The position numbers and the translations under genes were made by a program. Source: a virus (lineage: Duplodnaviria; Caudoviricetes). From it: 55,708 bases of DNA. The notes under the pieces were generated by a model. The model worked only from the letters and a program-made list of their open reading frames with translations, was not told the origin of the DNA and ran no database searches. The DNA is taken from the IMG/VR virus record IMGVR_UViG_3300025101_000005, positions 1 through 55,708 of that record; one strand, written 5' to 3'. Shown here one piece after another: positions 18,297 through 28,800 of this stretch (the first letter of the stretch is position 1; each line of letters begins with the position of its first letter).

Positions 18297-19858
18297 TGGC
18301 AAGAATTAGACAACAGTTTCCGCAGAACTACGGCTCTTCTGGAAACATAAATACAGAATTTGAGAATTTATTTCGCTACTTAAATGCAGCAGAACTAGGC
18401 GATAATACTCTCGGTGAATTGTTACAAACAATTTTTAGTAGTACGGGCGAATGGCAAGGCCCAATCGAGTTCAGAAAAGATGCAAGTGGTGACATCCAAT
18501 ACAGGGTCGGAACATACGCAGACGACACAACTGGTTACATAACACTTGTTTCGGCAGCTGAACTACGTGGCGCATCAGGCGCATCTGTTGGTGAAATTGG
18601 GGCTCCAATTATTCACTCAAGACAAGACACAGTAATATCTGGCACTTCAACAACAGTCATTGACTATGCTCACTCAGCTACAGACGAACTTCTTGTATAT
18701 GTAAACGGCATCCTGAAAAGAACAGGAGCTTCATTCGACTATGTTAGCAGCCCAACAGCTGGTACTAGCAGTAATGGAGCGGTTACGTTTAACAGTGCTT
18801 TAGCTAATGCTGATGTTGTTTCTATATACAAGATTAGGTCAACAGCCATAACAGGATTTACAAGGTCAGACACTGTAACAACAGGAAACCAAGCTGTGTT
18901 TGCTTTTGTTCACGACTCAACAGCAAGGCTACAAGTTTATAAGAATGGTATCTTAATGCGTGAAGGTGGTGCGAATGACTACACCACATCATCAACGACA
19001 AATACTGTTACATTCAACTCATCTGTTGCATCAGGAAACACTGTAACAATTATTACAGTTGAGAACACATCTGTACAAGCCGTAACAGGACACATGTTTG
19101 AACAAGACTTTGTTCACACAGATAGTGGTCTTATACAACTGGCAAAAATTAGAATAGACAACAATGCTATTGCCCAAGCAAAAGTAAATGGTTTGTCATC
19201 AGCTCTTACTGCAAAAGCGAAACTTACAGTTTCTAACTCTACACCATCATCCCCAGCAACTGGTGATTTGTTTCTTGATACATCGCAAACACCAAACCAG
19301 TTGAAGTTCTTTGATGGCACGCAGTTCTTAAAGACGTCTCCTGAATCATCTCTCCCGACCTTTACATCAGCTAACGCAAGTCAGTTTGTAAAGGTAAATG
19401 GTACAGGGACGGCTCTTGAGTATGGAACAGTCGACCTTTCCTCCGTTGTTCCAGTAACTCAAAAAGGTGCAGCAAACGGTGTGGCGTCTCTCGACTCAAC
19501 TGGTAGGTTGCCTTCCACACAACTTCCTACCGTTCTTTCTACTGACAGTTTTTTTACTCAAGTAGGAACAGCTGCAAACCAAACATACGGCGTAAAAAGA
19601 ATATTTAAACAAAAGATTAGAATAGACGGCATAGCAGTAAGAACCACATCAGGTACTTGTAGTGTGCAAATATCTGTAGATGGTGTTGGTTTGGGTAGCA
19701 CACTTAGCGCCAGCTCTACGCCTTCTGAAACAGCATTAGGAACACCGATTGAAATAGATGCTTCTGTTTCATCAAAGAAAATAGAATTTATTGTAACCAA
19801 CAATTCTTCAGCGAGTGTGTTAGAAGTAACTATGGCTGTAAGTGTGATTGCGAGTTAA
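18296..19858 (+). CDS. tail fibre/spike-like virion protein
   Basis: Two VY.NGIL...G...DY repeats, PSSPATGDLFLD and GAANGVASLDSTGRLP fibre motifs. Confidence 0.75.
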   Translation: MARIRQQFPQNYGSSGNINTEFENLFRYLNAAELGDNTLGELLQTIFSSTGEWQGPIEFRKDASGDIQYRVGTYADDTTGYITLVSAAELRGASGASVGEIGAPIIHSRQDTVISGTSTTVIDYAHSATDELLVYVNGILKRTGASFDYVSSPTAGTSSNGAVTFNSALANADVVSIYKIRSTAITGFTRSDTVTTGNQAVFAFVHDSTARLQVYKNGILMREGGANDYTTSSTTNTVTFNSSVASGNTVTIITVENTSVQAVTGHMFEQDFVHTDSGLIQLAKIRIDNNAIAQAKVNGLSSALTAKAKLTVSNSTPSSPATGDLFLDTSQTPNQLKFFDGTQFLKTSPESSLPTFTSANASQFVKVNGTGTALEYGTVDLSSVVPVTQKGAANGVASLDSTGRLPSTQLPTVLSTDSFFTQVGTAANQTYGVKRIFKQKIRIDGIAVRTTSGTCSVQISVDGVGLGSTLSASSTPSETALGTPIEIDASVSSKKIEFIVTNNSSASVLEVTMAVSVIAS

Positions 19859-19863
19859 TATGT

Positions 19864-20292
19864 ATGATAAAGGTAATAACGCATGATAATGAAAGAATTT
19901 CAAAATGGGCTAGTAAGCACCTTGAAGATATTACTTGGAACAGCCCTCAATGTTTTGGATTTGAACTCAACGACAAACTTATCGGTGCAGTCATCTTTAG
20001 CGAGTGGACTAAGAACGATATTCACGTCAGTGTTGTATCGACCAATGCTCGTATGTGGCAAAAGCGTATACTCCATATTCTCTTCCACTATACGTGGGTT
20101 ACTTGCGGTTGTATTAGGATGTCTGCGTTGGCTAAAGAATCAAATAAAAAATCTCGTAGACTTCTTGAGGCGCTTGGTTTCAAGGAAGAAGGACGACTAC
20201 GTAACTATCACGGCAGCGAAGATGGAGTCGTCTACGGTATCCTCAAAGAAGAATCCGAAAGATGGTATAAAACGCAAGAGAGGGAGGCCTAA
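19864..20292 (+). CDS. GNAT-family acetyltransferase-like protein
   Basis: N..SRRLLEALGFKEEGRLR...YGIL motif; sits before the ejection proteins, like T7 gp13. Confidence 0.8.
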   Translation: MIKVITHDNERISKWASKHLEDITWNSPQCFGFELNDKLIGAVIFSEWTKNDIHVSVVSTNARMWQKRILHILFHYTWVTCGCIRMSALAKESNKKSRRLLEALGFKEEGRLRNYHGSEDGVVYGILKEESERWYKTQEREA

Positions 20293-20297
20293 AAAAA

Positions 20298-22172
20298 ATG
20301 TCTAAAGGCGGAAGTTCACCAGCACCACCTGATTACACAGCTGAAAAAAGCCAAATCAGGAAGGACACAGAAAAGAAATACGGCGAGCAAGCTGAAGCTT
20401 ACAACACTGCCGTAGATACATTTAACACGGCACTAGGCGGTTTTCAAAGCCAGTACGACAATCTTTCGAGTGCGCTTTCTGGAGCAAATGTATCTAATTT
20501 GTATGATGACCCTACGACGACAGATGTAAACGAGAACATCTTTGATGTGTACTCCCCACAGATAAGTGACCTCGCTACTGCTTTAAGTGGTCTTGATACA
20601 GATATAGACAAGCCAATATTTGAGTCATCTGTTGGCTCAGAGTATGGGCCTATTGGTATTACAAACATTCCAGACCTAAACAAGTTTTCTACAACTGATT
20701 TTGATACTCTCTCATCAAACATTAGTGGTCTTTCTGATACTCTTAATCAGTTAAAAGCAGACAGAGCAGCAGAAGAACAACGTATTACAGACTTTGGTCA
20801 AAGCTTGAACCAAGGTTTAGGTGGCATGGGTGTATCATTAGGTCAGTTAGGAATTTCAGACCTTGCATCTATGAATCAGCTAGAAAAACAGTTGTCAGAC
20901 CTTAACTTGCAAAAGCAAGGGTTCTCGTCTGACATTATGGGTCAGTTTATGCCAGGGGGTTTTTCTAACTTCCAAAATCAATACGACACACTAACCGCTG
21001 GCCTTTCAGACCTTAGAGGTAGAAGGCAAACAGAGCTTGATAGAATCGGCACATTTGGCGACACACTTTATACTGACGTTGATAGCTACTTTGACAGGCT
21101 CGATAACCTTGGAATCGCAGATGAATCTGGCATCGGTTCTCTTATTGATGACATCGAAGATAGACAAAGACAGGCTGGAAGATTCTCGTCTGAACTTGGG
21201 TTTGACTTTGGTAATCAGCTAGGCGAGCTACAAGACGTTCTAGGTGATGTTAAAGACCTACAAAGCGAAAGAGTTGCAGAGCTTGCACGTTTAGAAAACG
21301 CAAAAGCAAATTTCTTATCTCAGGCTGGTAACGTTGAGCAAGCTGCTGAAGGTGGCAATATGTTCAGCGCTTCTATTCTCGATAATATTGATGACCAAAT
21401 ACGTGACCTTAAAAATGAAATTTCTGGCTTCTCATCTGAATTACCATTTGATTTCTCAGGAGCTACAGGCTCTATTGCAGACGCTGAAACTGCGTTGGCT
21501 GGTTTACAGGGCGAAAGAACAACCGCACTAGACGACATTCTTTCAAGAGTGCAAACAGCTGGAACGGGTATTGGAGACATTGCTCTATCAGACGAAGACG
21601 CCATAACTGGCAGACAAACAGACTTACAAAAGCTTCAGCAAGAGCTTGCTAAGTTTTCTGGTGGTAGAGTTGGTAACATAGGTGGTGAGATAACTGCGGG
21701 CCTCGACCAAGTAGATGCTCGTCTTGCAGACTTAGCAACCAAGCGTTCAGAGATTGAGACAGCAGCGCAACAACTTGTTGAAGACATTAACAACGCATCT
21801 TTTTATGGTGTTGATGACCTTACTGGTTCTCAAACAGCGTTTGACCAACAGAAAGCGCAAGTTGATTTATTTAACGCACAGCAAGCACTAGATGAAATTG
21901 CACAAGCAGAACAAAGGCTACAGTCTGAAAGACAAAGACTCGAAACAGATGCAGAAGCCGTTGCTGCTAGGTCAGGACAAGCACAGCAAGACTTACTTGC
22001 ATCAATAGGGGCATCAGGTGTTCCTGAGTTTCAGAACTTCGCTCAGATAGACCCAATAACCCTAGAGCAATATTTAAATCTATTAGCTCAAGGTGGCGAC
22101 GAAGAAGAGCTGGGAGCATTAGCAAACTTGCCTTCAGCGTTTAGTCAAAACTTAGGGGTTATAAGTGTATAG
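20298..22172 (+). CDS. internal virion (ejection) protein 1
   Basis: MSKGGSSPAPPDY N-terminus typical of podovirus ejection proteins; acidic coiled-coil repeats with recurring FSS(D/E). Confidence 0.7.
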   Translation: MSKGGSSPAPPDYTAEKSQIRKDTEKKYGEQAEAYNTAVDTFNTALGGFQSQYDNLSSALSGANVSNLYDDPTTTDVNENIFDVYSPQISDLATALSGLDTDIDKPIFESSVGSEYGPIGITNIPDLNKFSTTDFDTLSSNISGLSDTLNQLKADRAAEEQRITDFGQSLNQGLGGMGVSLGQLGISDLASMNQLEKQLSDLNLQKQGFSSDIMGQFMPGGFSNFQNQYDTLTAGLSDLRGRRQTELDRIGTFGDTLYTDVDSYFDRLDNLGIADESGIGSLIDDIEDRQRQAGRFSSELGFDFGNQLGELQDVLGDVKDLQSERVAELARLENAKANFLSQAGNVEQAAEGGNMFSASILDNIDDQIRDLKNEISGFSSELPFDFSGATGSIADAETALAGLQGERTTALDDILSRVQTAGTGIGDIALSDEDAITGRQTDLQKLQQELAKFSGGRVGNIGGEITAGLDQVDARLADLATKRSEIETAAQQLVEDINNASFYGVDDLTGSQTAFDQQKAQVDLFNAQQALDEIAQAEQRLQSERQRLETDAEAVAARSGQAQQDLLASIGASGVPEFQNFAQIDPITLEQYLNLLAQGGDEEELGALANLPSAFSQNLGVISV

Positions 22173-22184
22173 GGGCGTTAGCGA

Positions 22185-23726
22185 ATGGCATTTAGCGCAA
22201 TATTAGGATTAGCTGGTAACTTATACGCAGCAAACCAAGCATCAAAGGACGCAGCAGCTGCAAGGTCTTTGCAGATGCAGCAGATGGAATCGCAAAGACA
22301 GTTCCAAAATGCAAACTTTATGCTGGCTCAAGATGCACGTAAAGAGCGTAGAGAGCAAAATCAGTATCTACAACAAATAGAAGCTCTTAACAGGAGGCTT
22401 GCTGGACAGGAACGTGAGTTCCAAATGTCTGAGCTAGACAACTTTAAGAGGGCTTTGTTGAAGGAAAGAGAATCAGACATTGAACGTCAGATTCTTCAGG
22501 ACAAAGAGGCTGCACGTCTTTCTACATTTAGACTAGAACAACTCCTCAAAGGACAGGACATTAGCGAGCAAGAGCGAGCTTTTGCTATACAACAACTTAA
22601 CTTAGCTAGAGCAACGGCATCTGGTGAACGTGATGAAGAGCTAAGACGTTTCTTACAAGACAGAGCAACAGCACAGATAGAGCGTGACTTTCTTGTAAAC
22701 ATGGCTCTTGATGCACAAGATACAGCACGTCTTGAGCGTGCTGACGGTATGGCTGTGCGTGACCAAATACTTAATCAGATACTTGGATTACAAGGCGCTG
22801 TAAACCAAACTGCTTCTCAGCTTGGTTACGTTCCTATTCCAGCAGCTGTATCCGAAGGAGACATACAGTCAGAAATAGACAAGCGAACAGCTCAAAATAT
22901 TTCAGACGTAGACCGAGCAGCAGAAGCGGTAGCTTCTGTAGGCGAGGCTGGTCTTATACGTCAGGGCATGGATGACAGCACAAAAGGCACAGCAGTTCGT
23001 GGTGATATTGCAGCACGTCTTGCAAACGAATATTCAAAAGCCAGAGATTCAGCTTATGACGATGCACTAAAATACATCTCTGGAAGAGAACAAGTCTTCG
23101 GCACAAATGTGGGCAACATTATGGATGCAAGAAGCAAATTGCTTGCAGAGACAGCTGGTGTAGCTGGTACAGGACTACAGCAACTAGCTAATCTTCCAAG
23201 CGCACCATCAGCACTATCAGGATTCAACTATGCACGAATGATACCGTCATCAATCATAAACAGAAACATTAGCAGTGCAAATGATTTTAGGGCTCCTGTT
23301 GCTATTGGCAGTTCAATATACAACAACCCAGCATTGATGACAGCAAACCTAGCCAACTACACCAGACCAACAAGCATGGCTACTAATCAGGGCTTTAATG
23401 TTAAGTCTGGCATATTCAACCCAGCAGCAGTCAGTCTTGATAGCTCAAACTATCTTGGTAACGCTACAAGTATAGGTAACCAAATGATGAGTCAGCTTGG
23501 CTCATACGCTAATAACATGCAAAACAGAGCCCAAACAGCTGGTCAAAACTTTGGTCAGTCTTTTGGTCAGTTTGTAAACGACCAATCACAGGCTGGGGGA
23601 ATGACGTTTCAGTATGATGCAGACGGCAAAGTAATCCCAGGCAGTGGAGTAAAACAAAATGATGGTCTGTTCTACAGCATAGACCAATCATTTAATAAAT
23701 TTTTTAATAACCTGACAGGTTCTTGA
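22185..23726 (+). CDS. internal virion (ejection) protein 2
   Basis: Hydrophobic N-terminus, A/Q-rich coiled coil, position. Confidence 0.65.
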   Translation: MAFSAILGLAGNLYAANQASKDAAAARSLQMQQMESQRQFQNANFMLAQDARKERREQNQYLQQIEALNRRLAGQEREFQMSELDNFKRALLKERESDIERQILQDKEAARLSTFRLEQLLKGQDISEQERAFAIQQLNLARATASGERDEELRRFLQDRATAQIERDFLVNMALDAQDTARLERADGMAVRDQILNQILGLQGAVNQTASQLGYVPIPAAVSEGDIQSEIDKRTAQNISDVDRAAEAVASVGEAGLIRQGMDDSTKGTAVRGDIAARLANEYSKARDSAYDDALKYISGREQVFGTNVGNIMDARSKLLAETAGVAGTGLQQLANLPSAPSALSGFNYARMIPSSIINRNISSANDFRAPVAIGSSIYNNPALMTANLANYTRPTSMATNQGFNVKSGIFNPAAVSLDSSNYLGNATSIGNQMMSQLGSYANNMQNRAQTAGQNFGQSFGQFVNDQSQAGGMTFQYDADGKVIPGSGVKQNDGLFYSIDQSFNKFFNNLTGS

Positions 23727-23734
23727 GGTAGAAT

Positions 23735-25822
23735 ATGGTAGATTTTGTAGGATTCGGGACAGGCTATAACAAGCAAATGGACTCAGACGAACGTAGACGT
23801 CTTGAGTTGGCTAAAGCTTTTAACGATTTTAGACAAACAAACCCATACGCTTCGCCTATGGAGATGCAGTCTTTTGTAGACCAAGCTGCTGCTGGCAGAA
23901 ACTATCTTGCTGGTGGCATGCCTAGCGCAGACGTCTTGAATATTATTGGTAAGCGCAATGCTGAAGCACTGCAAGCCAAGAAAAACCAAGAAGCTCAAGC
24001 TGCTGCTGCAAGTAAATTTGATTTGTTTTCAAAAGCAGCAAACATAAGTGATGACCTTACCTTAAGGTTTGGCGGTAGTCCTATAAATGAAGAGACGGGT
24101 CTTCCTACAGAAGAATTTACAAAATTTTTAGATGAACTTAAAACACAAAGTGGCGTTGATTTTAGTGGTGTAATTACACCCAACAGAATAAACCAAGTTA
24201 GAACAGATAGAACCTTGACCCTTGTTCCCAAGGTTGTTGAGTACATGAAAAGCACAGACGGCACAGTTAGTGTAGAACAGGCTGCTGCTGCTTTGGGTGT
24301 GCCAAAATTTCTAGTAAAAGGTGTATCAGATAGAGTTAAGACCGTACTTGACAGAGAAAAAGAAACATATTTGTACGACAAGAAGAAAGACCTTCTTGCT
24401 CAAATCAAACCAATTATGGAGCGTGGAGGCGATGTTGAGGAGGCAATAGCTGCTTTTAAAACAGATGCAACAAGTTTTGGAGTAAATGAAACCGAACTAA
24501 ACAAAGCTGTCGACGAAATGAAAACGGAATCCACTAGGATTAAAAAGAAAATTGAAGAAGACAGAAACTACGAGCTAGCTGAAAGAGTACAAAAAGCTAA
24601 GATTGCGTTTGGTAATGATGTTCAAAATGTTCCTCAAGTCAAAGTGGCTATTGCAAGAGGCGACATTAATACAGCCAAAAAGCTTATGGAGGAGTATCTT
24701 TTAAATAATTATACAACTCTTGGTGATGCCGAGAAAGCAGCCGTAATAAGTACCTTTGATACTATTATTGAAGGCCTAACAGTAGAATCTCAGTACGAAC
24801 AAGACACTCTACATAACGAAAAGAAATCACTTGCAGACAAGACTGTGGCTGGCGTACCAGCAGCAGTTCTGAAGAAAAGCCAAGACTCTGCTTTCAACTT
24901 CTTTACAGGTGGCAAGAAAGGTCAAATCAATCCAGCAACTTCTGGAGAAGCAGTTGCAGCACCAGCCGTTGTTGCTGAACTAGCTAAGAAATATGACCTT
25001 AGTAACTCATACACATTGTCGCTCTTGTCTGACTACTTTAAGAGGCTGGGCAAAGAGGAAGGCTCTGATTACAACGCTGTTCTTGCTGGAGCAAACTCAA
25101 TCCTTGAGAACTCACGTGGCGTAACAACGATTGAACAAGCTACTGAGTACACGCAAGACCTTACAAGGAGACAGCTTGGTGACTTTGACGGAGACCAGAC
25201 TTTTGATAACTGGTTCACTAACGAGAAAACACAATACACTAAGAAGTTTGACGAAGCTAAAGCTGCACTAACCAGTGCATTACAAGAGTCTGACGCAACT
25301 GCAAAACTTAGAGCCCTTAGAGGTGTTGCTGCTGGTCTTAATCAGCTTCAACAAGTTACTGCTGAAAGCTTTAGAAATGCGTTTAGATATGCTCAAGGTA
25401 AAGACAGGTGGATTACTGCTGGAACCCCTGGCTGGAATAGAACAGACGTAGAAGGGTGGCAGAATGGTGTTAATACTGAAAAAGATGCTTTGATGAAGCA
25501 AATCACAGAACAAATTGCTATTGCCGAAAGACAAGTGCAGAACACACCAACCGCACCTACTCTTGTTGATAATATAAGTAGCCAAGAAAGGACTCTTAGA
25601 GACTCTAACATTCCTACTGTTATAGCAAGTCAGCAAGGACAGAGACAAAAAATGGTTAAGGAATTTATGGGTATACGAAACATAAAACGAGATATGATTA
25701 ACAAGCTAGATTCAGGCCAGTATCAAGAGTTTCAACAAGACCCTGTGTCCTTTATCAAGCGATACTACAACACGTATTATTCTCAATGGATAACACAAAA
25801 CAATAACGGGGATGACTTATAG
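23735..25822 (+). CDS. internal virion (ejection) protein 3
   Basis: F.GFG.GY N-terminus, all-helical, position before the giant protein. Confidence 0.65.
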   Translation: MVDFVGFGTGYNKQMDSDERRRLELAKAFNDFRQTNPYASPMEMQSFVDQAAAGRNYLAGGMPSADVLNIIGKRNAEALQAKKNQEAQAAAASKFDLFSKAANISDDLTLRFGGSPINEETGLPTEEFTKFLDELKTQSGVDFSGVITPNRINQVRTDRTLTLVPKVVEYMKSTDGTVSVEQAAAALGVPKFLVKGVSDRVKTVLDREKETYLYDKKKDLLAQIKPIMERGGDVEEAIAAFKTDATSFGVNETELNKAVDEMKTESTRIKKKIEEDRNYELAERVQKAKIAFGNDVQNVPQVKVAIARGDINTAKKLMEEYLLNNYTTLGDAEKAAVISTFDTIIEGLTVESQYEQDTLHNEKKSLADKTVAGVPAAVLKKSQDSAFNFFTGGKKGQINPATSGEAVAAPAVVAELAKKYDLSNSYTLSLLSDYFKRLGKEEGSDYNAVLAGANSILENSRGVTTIEQATEYTQDLTRRQLGDFDGDQTFDNWFTNEKTQYTKKFDEAKAALTSALQESDATAKLRALRGVAAGLNQLQQVTAESFRNAFRYAQGKDRWITAGTPGWNRTDVEGWQNGVNTEKDALMKQITEQIAIAERQVQNTPTAPTLVDNISSQERTLRDSNIPTVIASQQGQRQKMVKEFMGIRNIKRDMINKLDSGQYQEFQQDPVSFIKRYYNTYYSQWITQNNNGDDL

Positions 25823-25852
25823 GACGACTGTAATACAGCAATAATATAAATT
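25822..25852 (+). promoter_or_regulatory. phage late promoter motif GGACGAC-N18-TAAATT (giant protein/lysis)
   Basis: Overlaps the last base of the upstream TAG; consensus spacing. Confidence 0.75.
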
Positions 25853-25879
25853 AAACCTATCGGATAACTGGAGTACCGA

Positions 25880-28800
25880 ATGGCAAACCAAACAAATTAT
25901 GACGGCATATCATTTACACCACAAGAAGAGGGTGCAACAGACGTAGGATACCTTAACGTATCCCCCGACCAAATCACAAAAGACCCCCGATTTCTTACAG
26001 ATTTGCGTAAATACTACGCAGACTACGGACAGTTTTATTCTACAGACCAAGAATACCTAGACGAATTTTACGAAGACGCTACTTGGCGAGACCTAAACAC
26101 TGCTGGTGCAGTGATTGGTGCTACTTATACTCAAGGCGAGAGTAAAGAAACAAGAGCAAGAGCAAAACGTCTTGAGCAAGCATGGCGTCAGCTCCCAATG
26201 TTTTGGCAAGAAGGTGGTAGAGGCATTGCTTCTGCTGCGCCTGACATTGCTAAAGCTATTATTCTTGACCCAGTAAACCTTATTCCAGTTATTGGTGCGT
26301 ACGGCAAAGCTGCACAAGTAGCAAAAGCAGCGTATCTAGCTGGTCAGACTGGAAAGCAAGCAACAATCGCTGGTGTAAAATCTGGTATTATAGGCGCTGG
26401 TGTTCGAGAAGCTGCAATCGGTGCTGGTGCAGAAGGCGTAATTAGTACAGCAAATCAAATTAGAGATGTACAGCTTGGCTTGGAAGACGAAGTAAGCATT
26501 GGTCGAGTTGCAAAGGATGCAGTTATTGGCGGTGCTACTGGTGGACTTATTGGTGGTGGCGTTCTTGGCCCAGTACCAGCTGTTATTGGTGCAAGACGTG
26601 GAATTAACACAACAGCAGCCCAAACAGACGAGCTTATAAGCAAAGGTCTTACAGGTCAGCAAATCGCAGACACTGTAGCAGCACGTGGCGTTACGGGTTT
26701 TGACGAACTTGTTACAGCATCAAAAGATACAGACGCATTTATCCAGCCAAGTGATGCAGCGACAACAGAAACAACAGCGACCACAGAGTCACCTACAGCT
26801 GAGATTGATGAGAAAATCAATCAAATAAAAACTTTCTATAAAGAAGAGCAAGACCTACTCGATAGTCAGCTAGACGACGGCATAGACCCAGACATTGTTG
26901 CAGAAACAGAAGTAAACCTGAACGAACTGGCTGCACTTAGAGAGTTTGGCGAGAACCTAAAAGCAGAACAAATAGAAATCAGCAAGCTTGAAGCCTCAAA
27001 CAATCCTAACTTAAGGGCTCAAGCTCAGAAGCGTCGTGCAATTTTTGAAAGAAACTACTCAAAGTTTAGACGAGCAACAAGAGGCGGTCTCAATTTATCT
27101 GAAATCAACGAGATTCTTGAGCAGTATAGAGCGAAGCCAAGCGACACTGCTGACGCAAACCCAGTAGAAACAGAAGCAACAACAACTGAAGCTACTGGCG
27201 AAGGCACTACAACCACAGAAGCAGCGCCCGAAGGACGTACAGAAGGCGCAGTTTCAGAAGCTGACACCACTACTACCACTACAACGACTGAAACTGTGCC
27301 AGCAGACGAGACTGTTACAGCCACTGTCGAAGTTAAATTCGATGACATGCCTTTCAGAAACGAAGCGCAGAAAACAAAAATACAATCAAGGTTTAACGAA
27401 GAGTACACCCAAGAACAATTTGAAGCTGATTTTGCAGCTGGCAAAATTTCTGTTGGTAGGGATGGTAAGTTTACACGAGATTCTGTTGGCGAGGTAACAG
27501 CAAGCGCATCATTGGCTAGGGACAGAAAAGCGTTCACAGAAATGATGGATTCAGGCAAAGCTGAACCAAATGAAACTACAGTTACAGCAGAACCAGAAGC
27601 TAAGACAGACGAAATTATTATTGATAGCGAGTCACGAGGAAAAGCTTTAGCAGCTGGTCTTGACCCGAAAGATATTCCAGCAGCAGAGGCATCTGCTTCT
27701 GGTCGTGTTACAAAACGACAAGTTAACAAAGCAATTAATGCTGCAAAGAACAATCCTCCATCTTCTTATGCACAACAAGTGCAAAGGGACTTGGATACGC
27801 TTCTTGCAAACATTGGCAATGACATTGACGTAGACGAGAACAGTCTTAGAGCTTTGATTAGGGTTATGTCCCAGGACAAAGCTTCTTACAAGTCTGACCC
27901 AGACGACATCTTGGCATTGTTTGATGAGTTCAGCAAAAGCGGTATGGCTACAGGCGATAAGGCTTTTACACAAACAGAACTCAAAAAGATACGTCAGCTC
28001 GTTAGAAAGATTCGAGACCCTAAAGATGGCAACCCTGAGTTTTCAAAAGAAACAGCACAGATACTTGCAGAGAGACAAGTTCTCAACGCAAGAGACAATC
28101 CTGAAACGCAGACCGAATCACTGGTTCGCTCTGTTCAAAAGTCTATCGACAACAAAGGCATTTACGAAACAGCTGGTAGAGATACACGTGGACGTATCCA
28201 AGCTATGCTTCGTAAGAGTTCCGTAAACGTAAAACCAAACGAGTTTGCAAAAGAAGAAGCTATTATTAAAGCAACATCTGGCAAGGGGCCAGATGTTGTT
28301 AAGTATATCTCTGGTGGCGAAACAGCTGTAGGCCCAGATGGAAGAAAGATTCGTGTAAAAGCTGGCACTACTTTGTTTGCAGACGGCGTAACAAAGAGAA
28401 GCTTTGTAAGCTACGAATACCTTATGAAAACACGTGGTGTGAACATCGGTAAGAAATCAACAAAGAAAGTTAAACAGCCTACAGACGAAACACCAACAAT
28501 TACTAACGAGGTTGTTCAGAAGCTTGTTGCTGATTTACAGACTGACGGAGATACAGACAAGTTTATTAGAACTGTAAAAGCACTTCAAAAGAAAGGTGCT
28601 GGTGTACCTGAAGAGCCTTCAGCAACTGTAGACGTACCAACAACAAGTGCTGGTAAGAAACTAATTATCCGCTCAAAGAACAATGCTGCTGATGTTCGTA
28701 TGATTAGCCAAAAGCAAATCAGCGAAGGCAAAGGCATAGAAGCTATTATCGGTCAAAAGGGTGGGCCTAACTCAAACCCAGCAAACTGGGATATTAAATA

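Noticed and set aside
8530-20217. Other coding GGACGAC occurrences (about 8530, 18146, 20211) as promoters
   Set aside because: Mid-gene, explained by codons, with no spaced -10 element.
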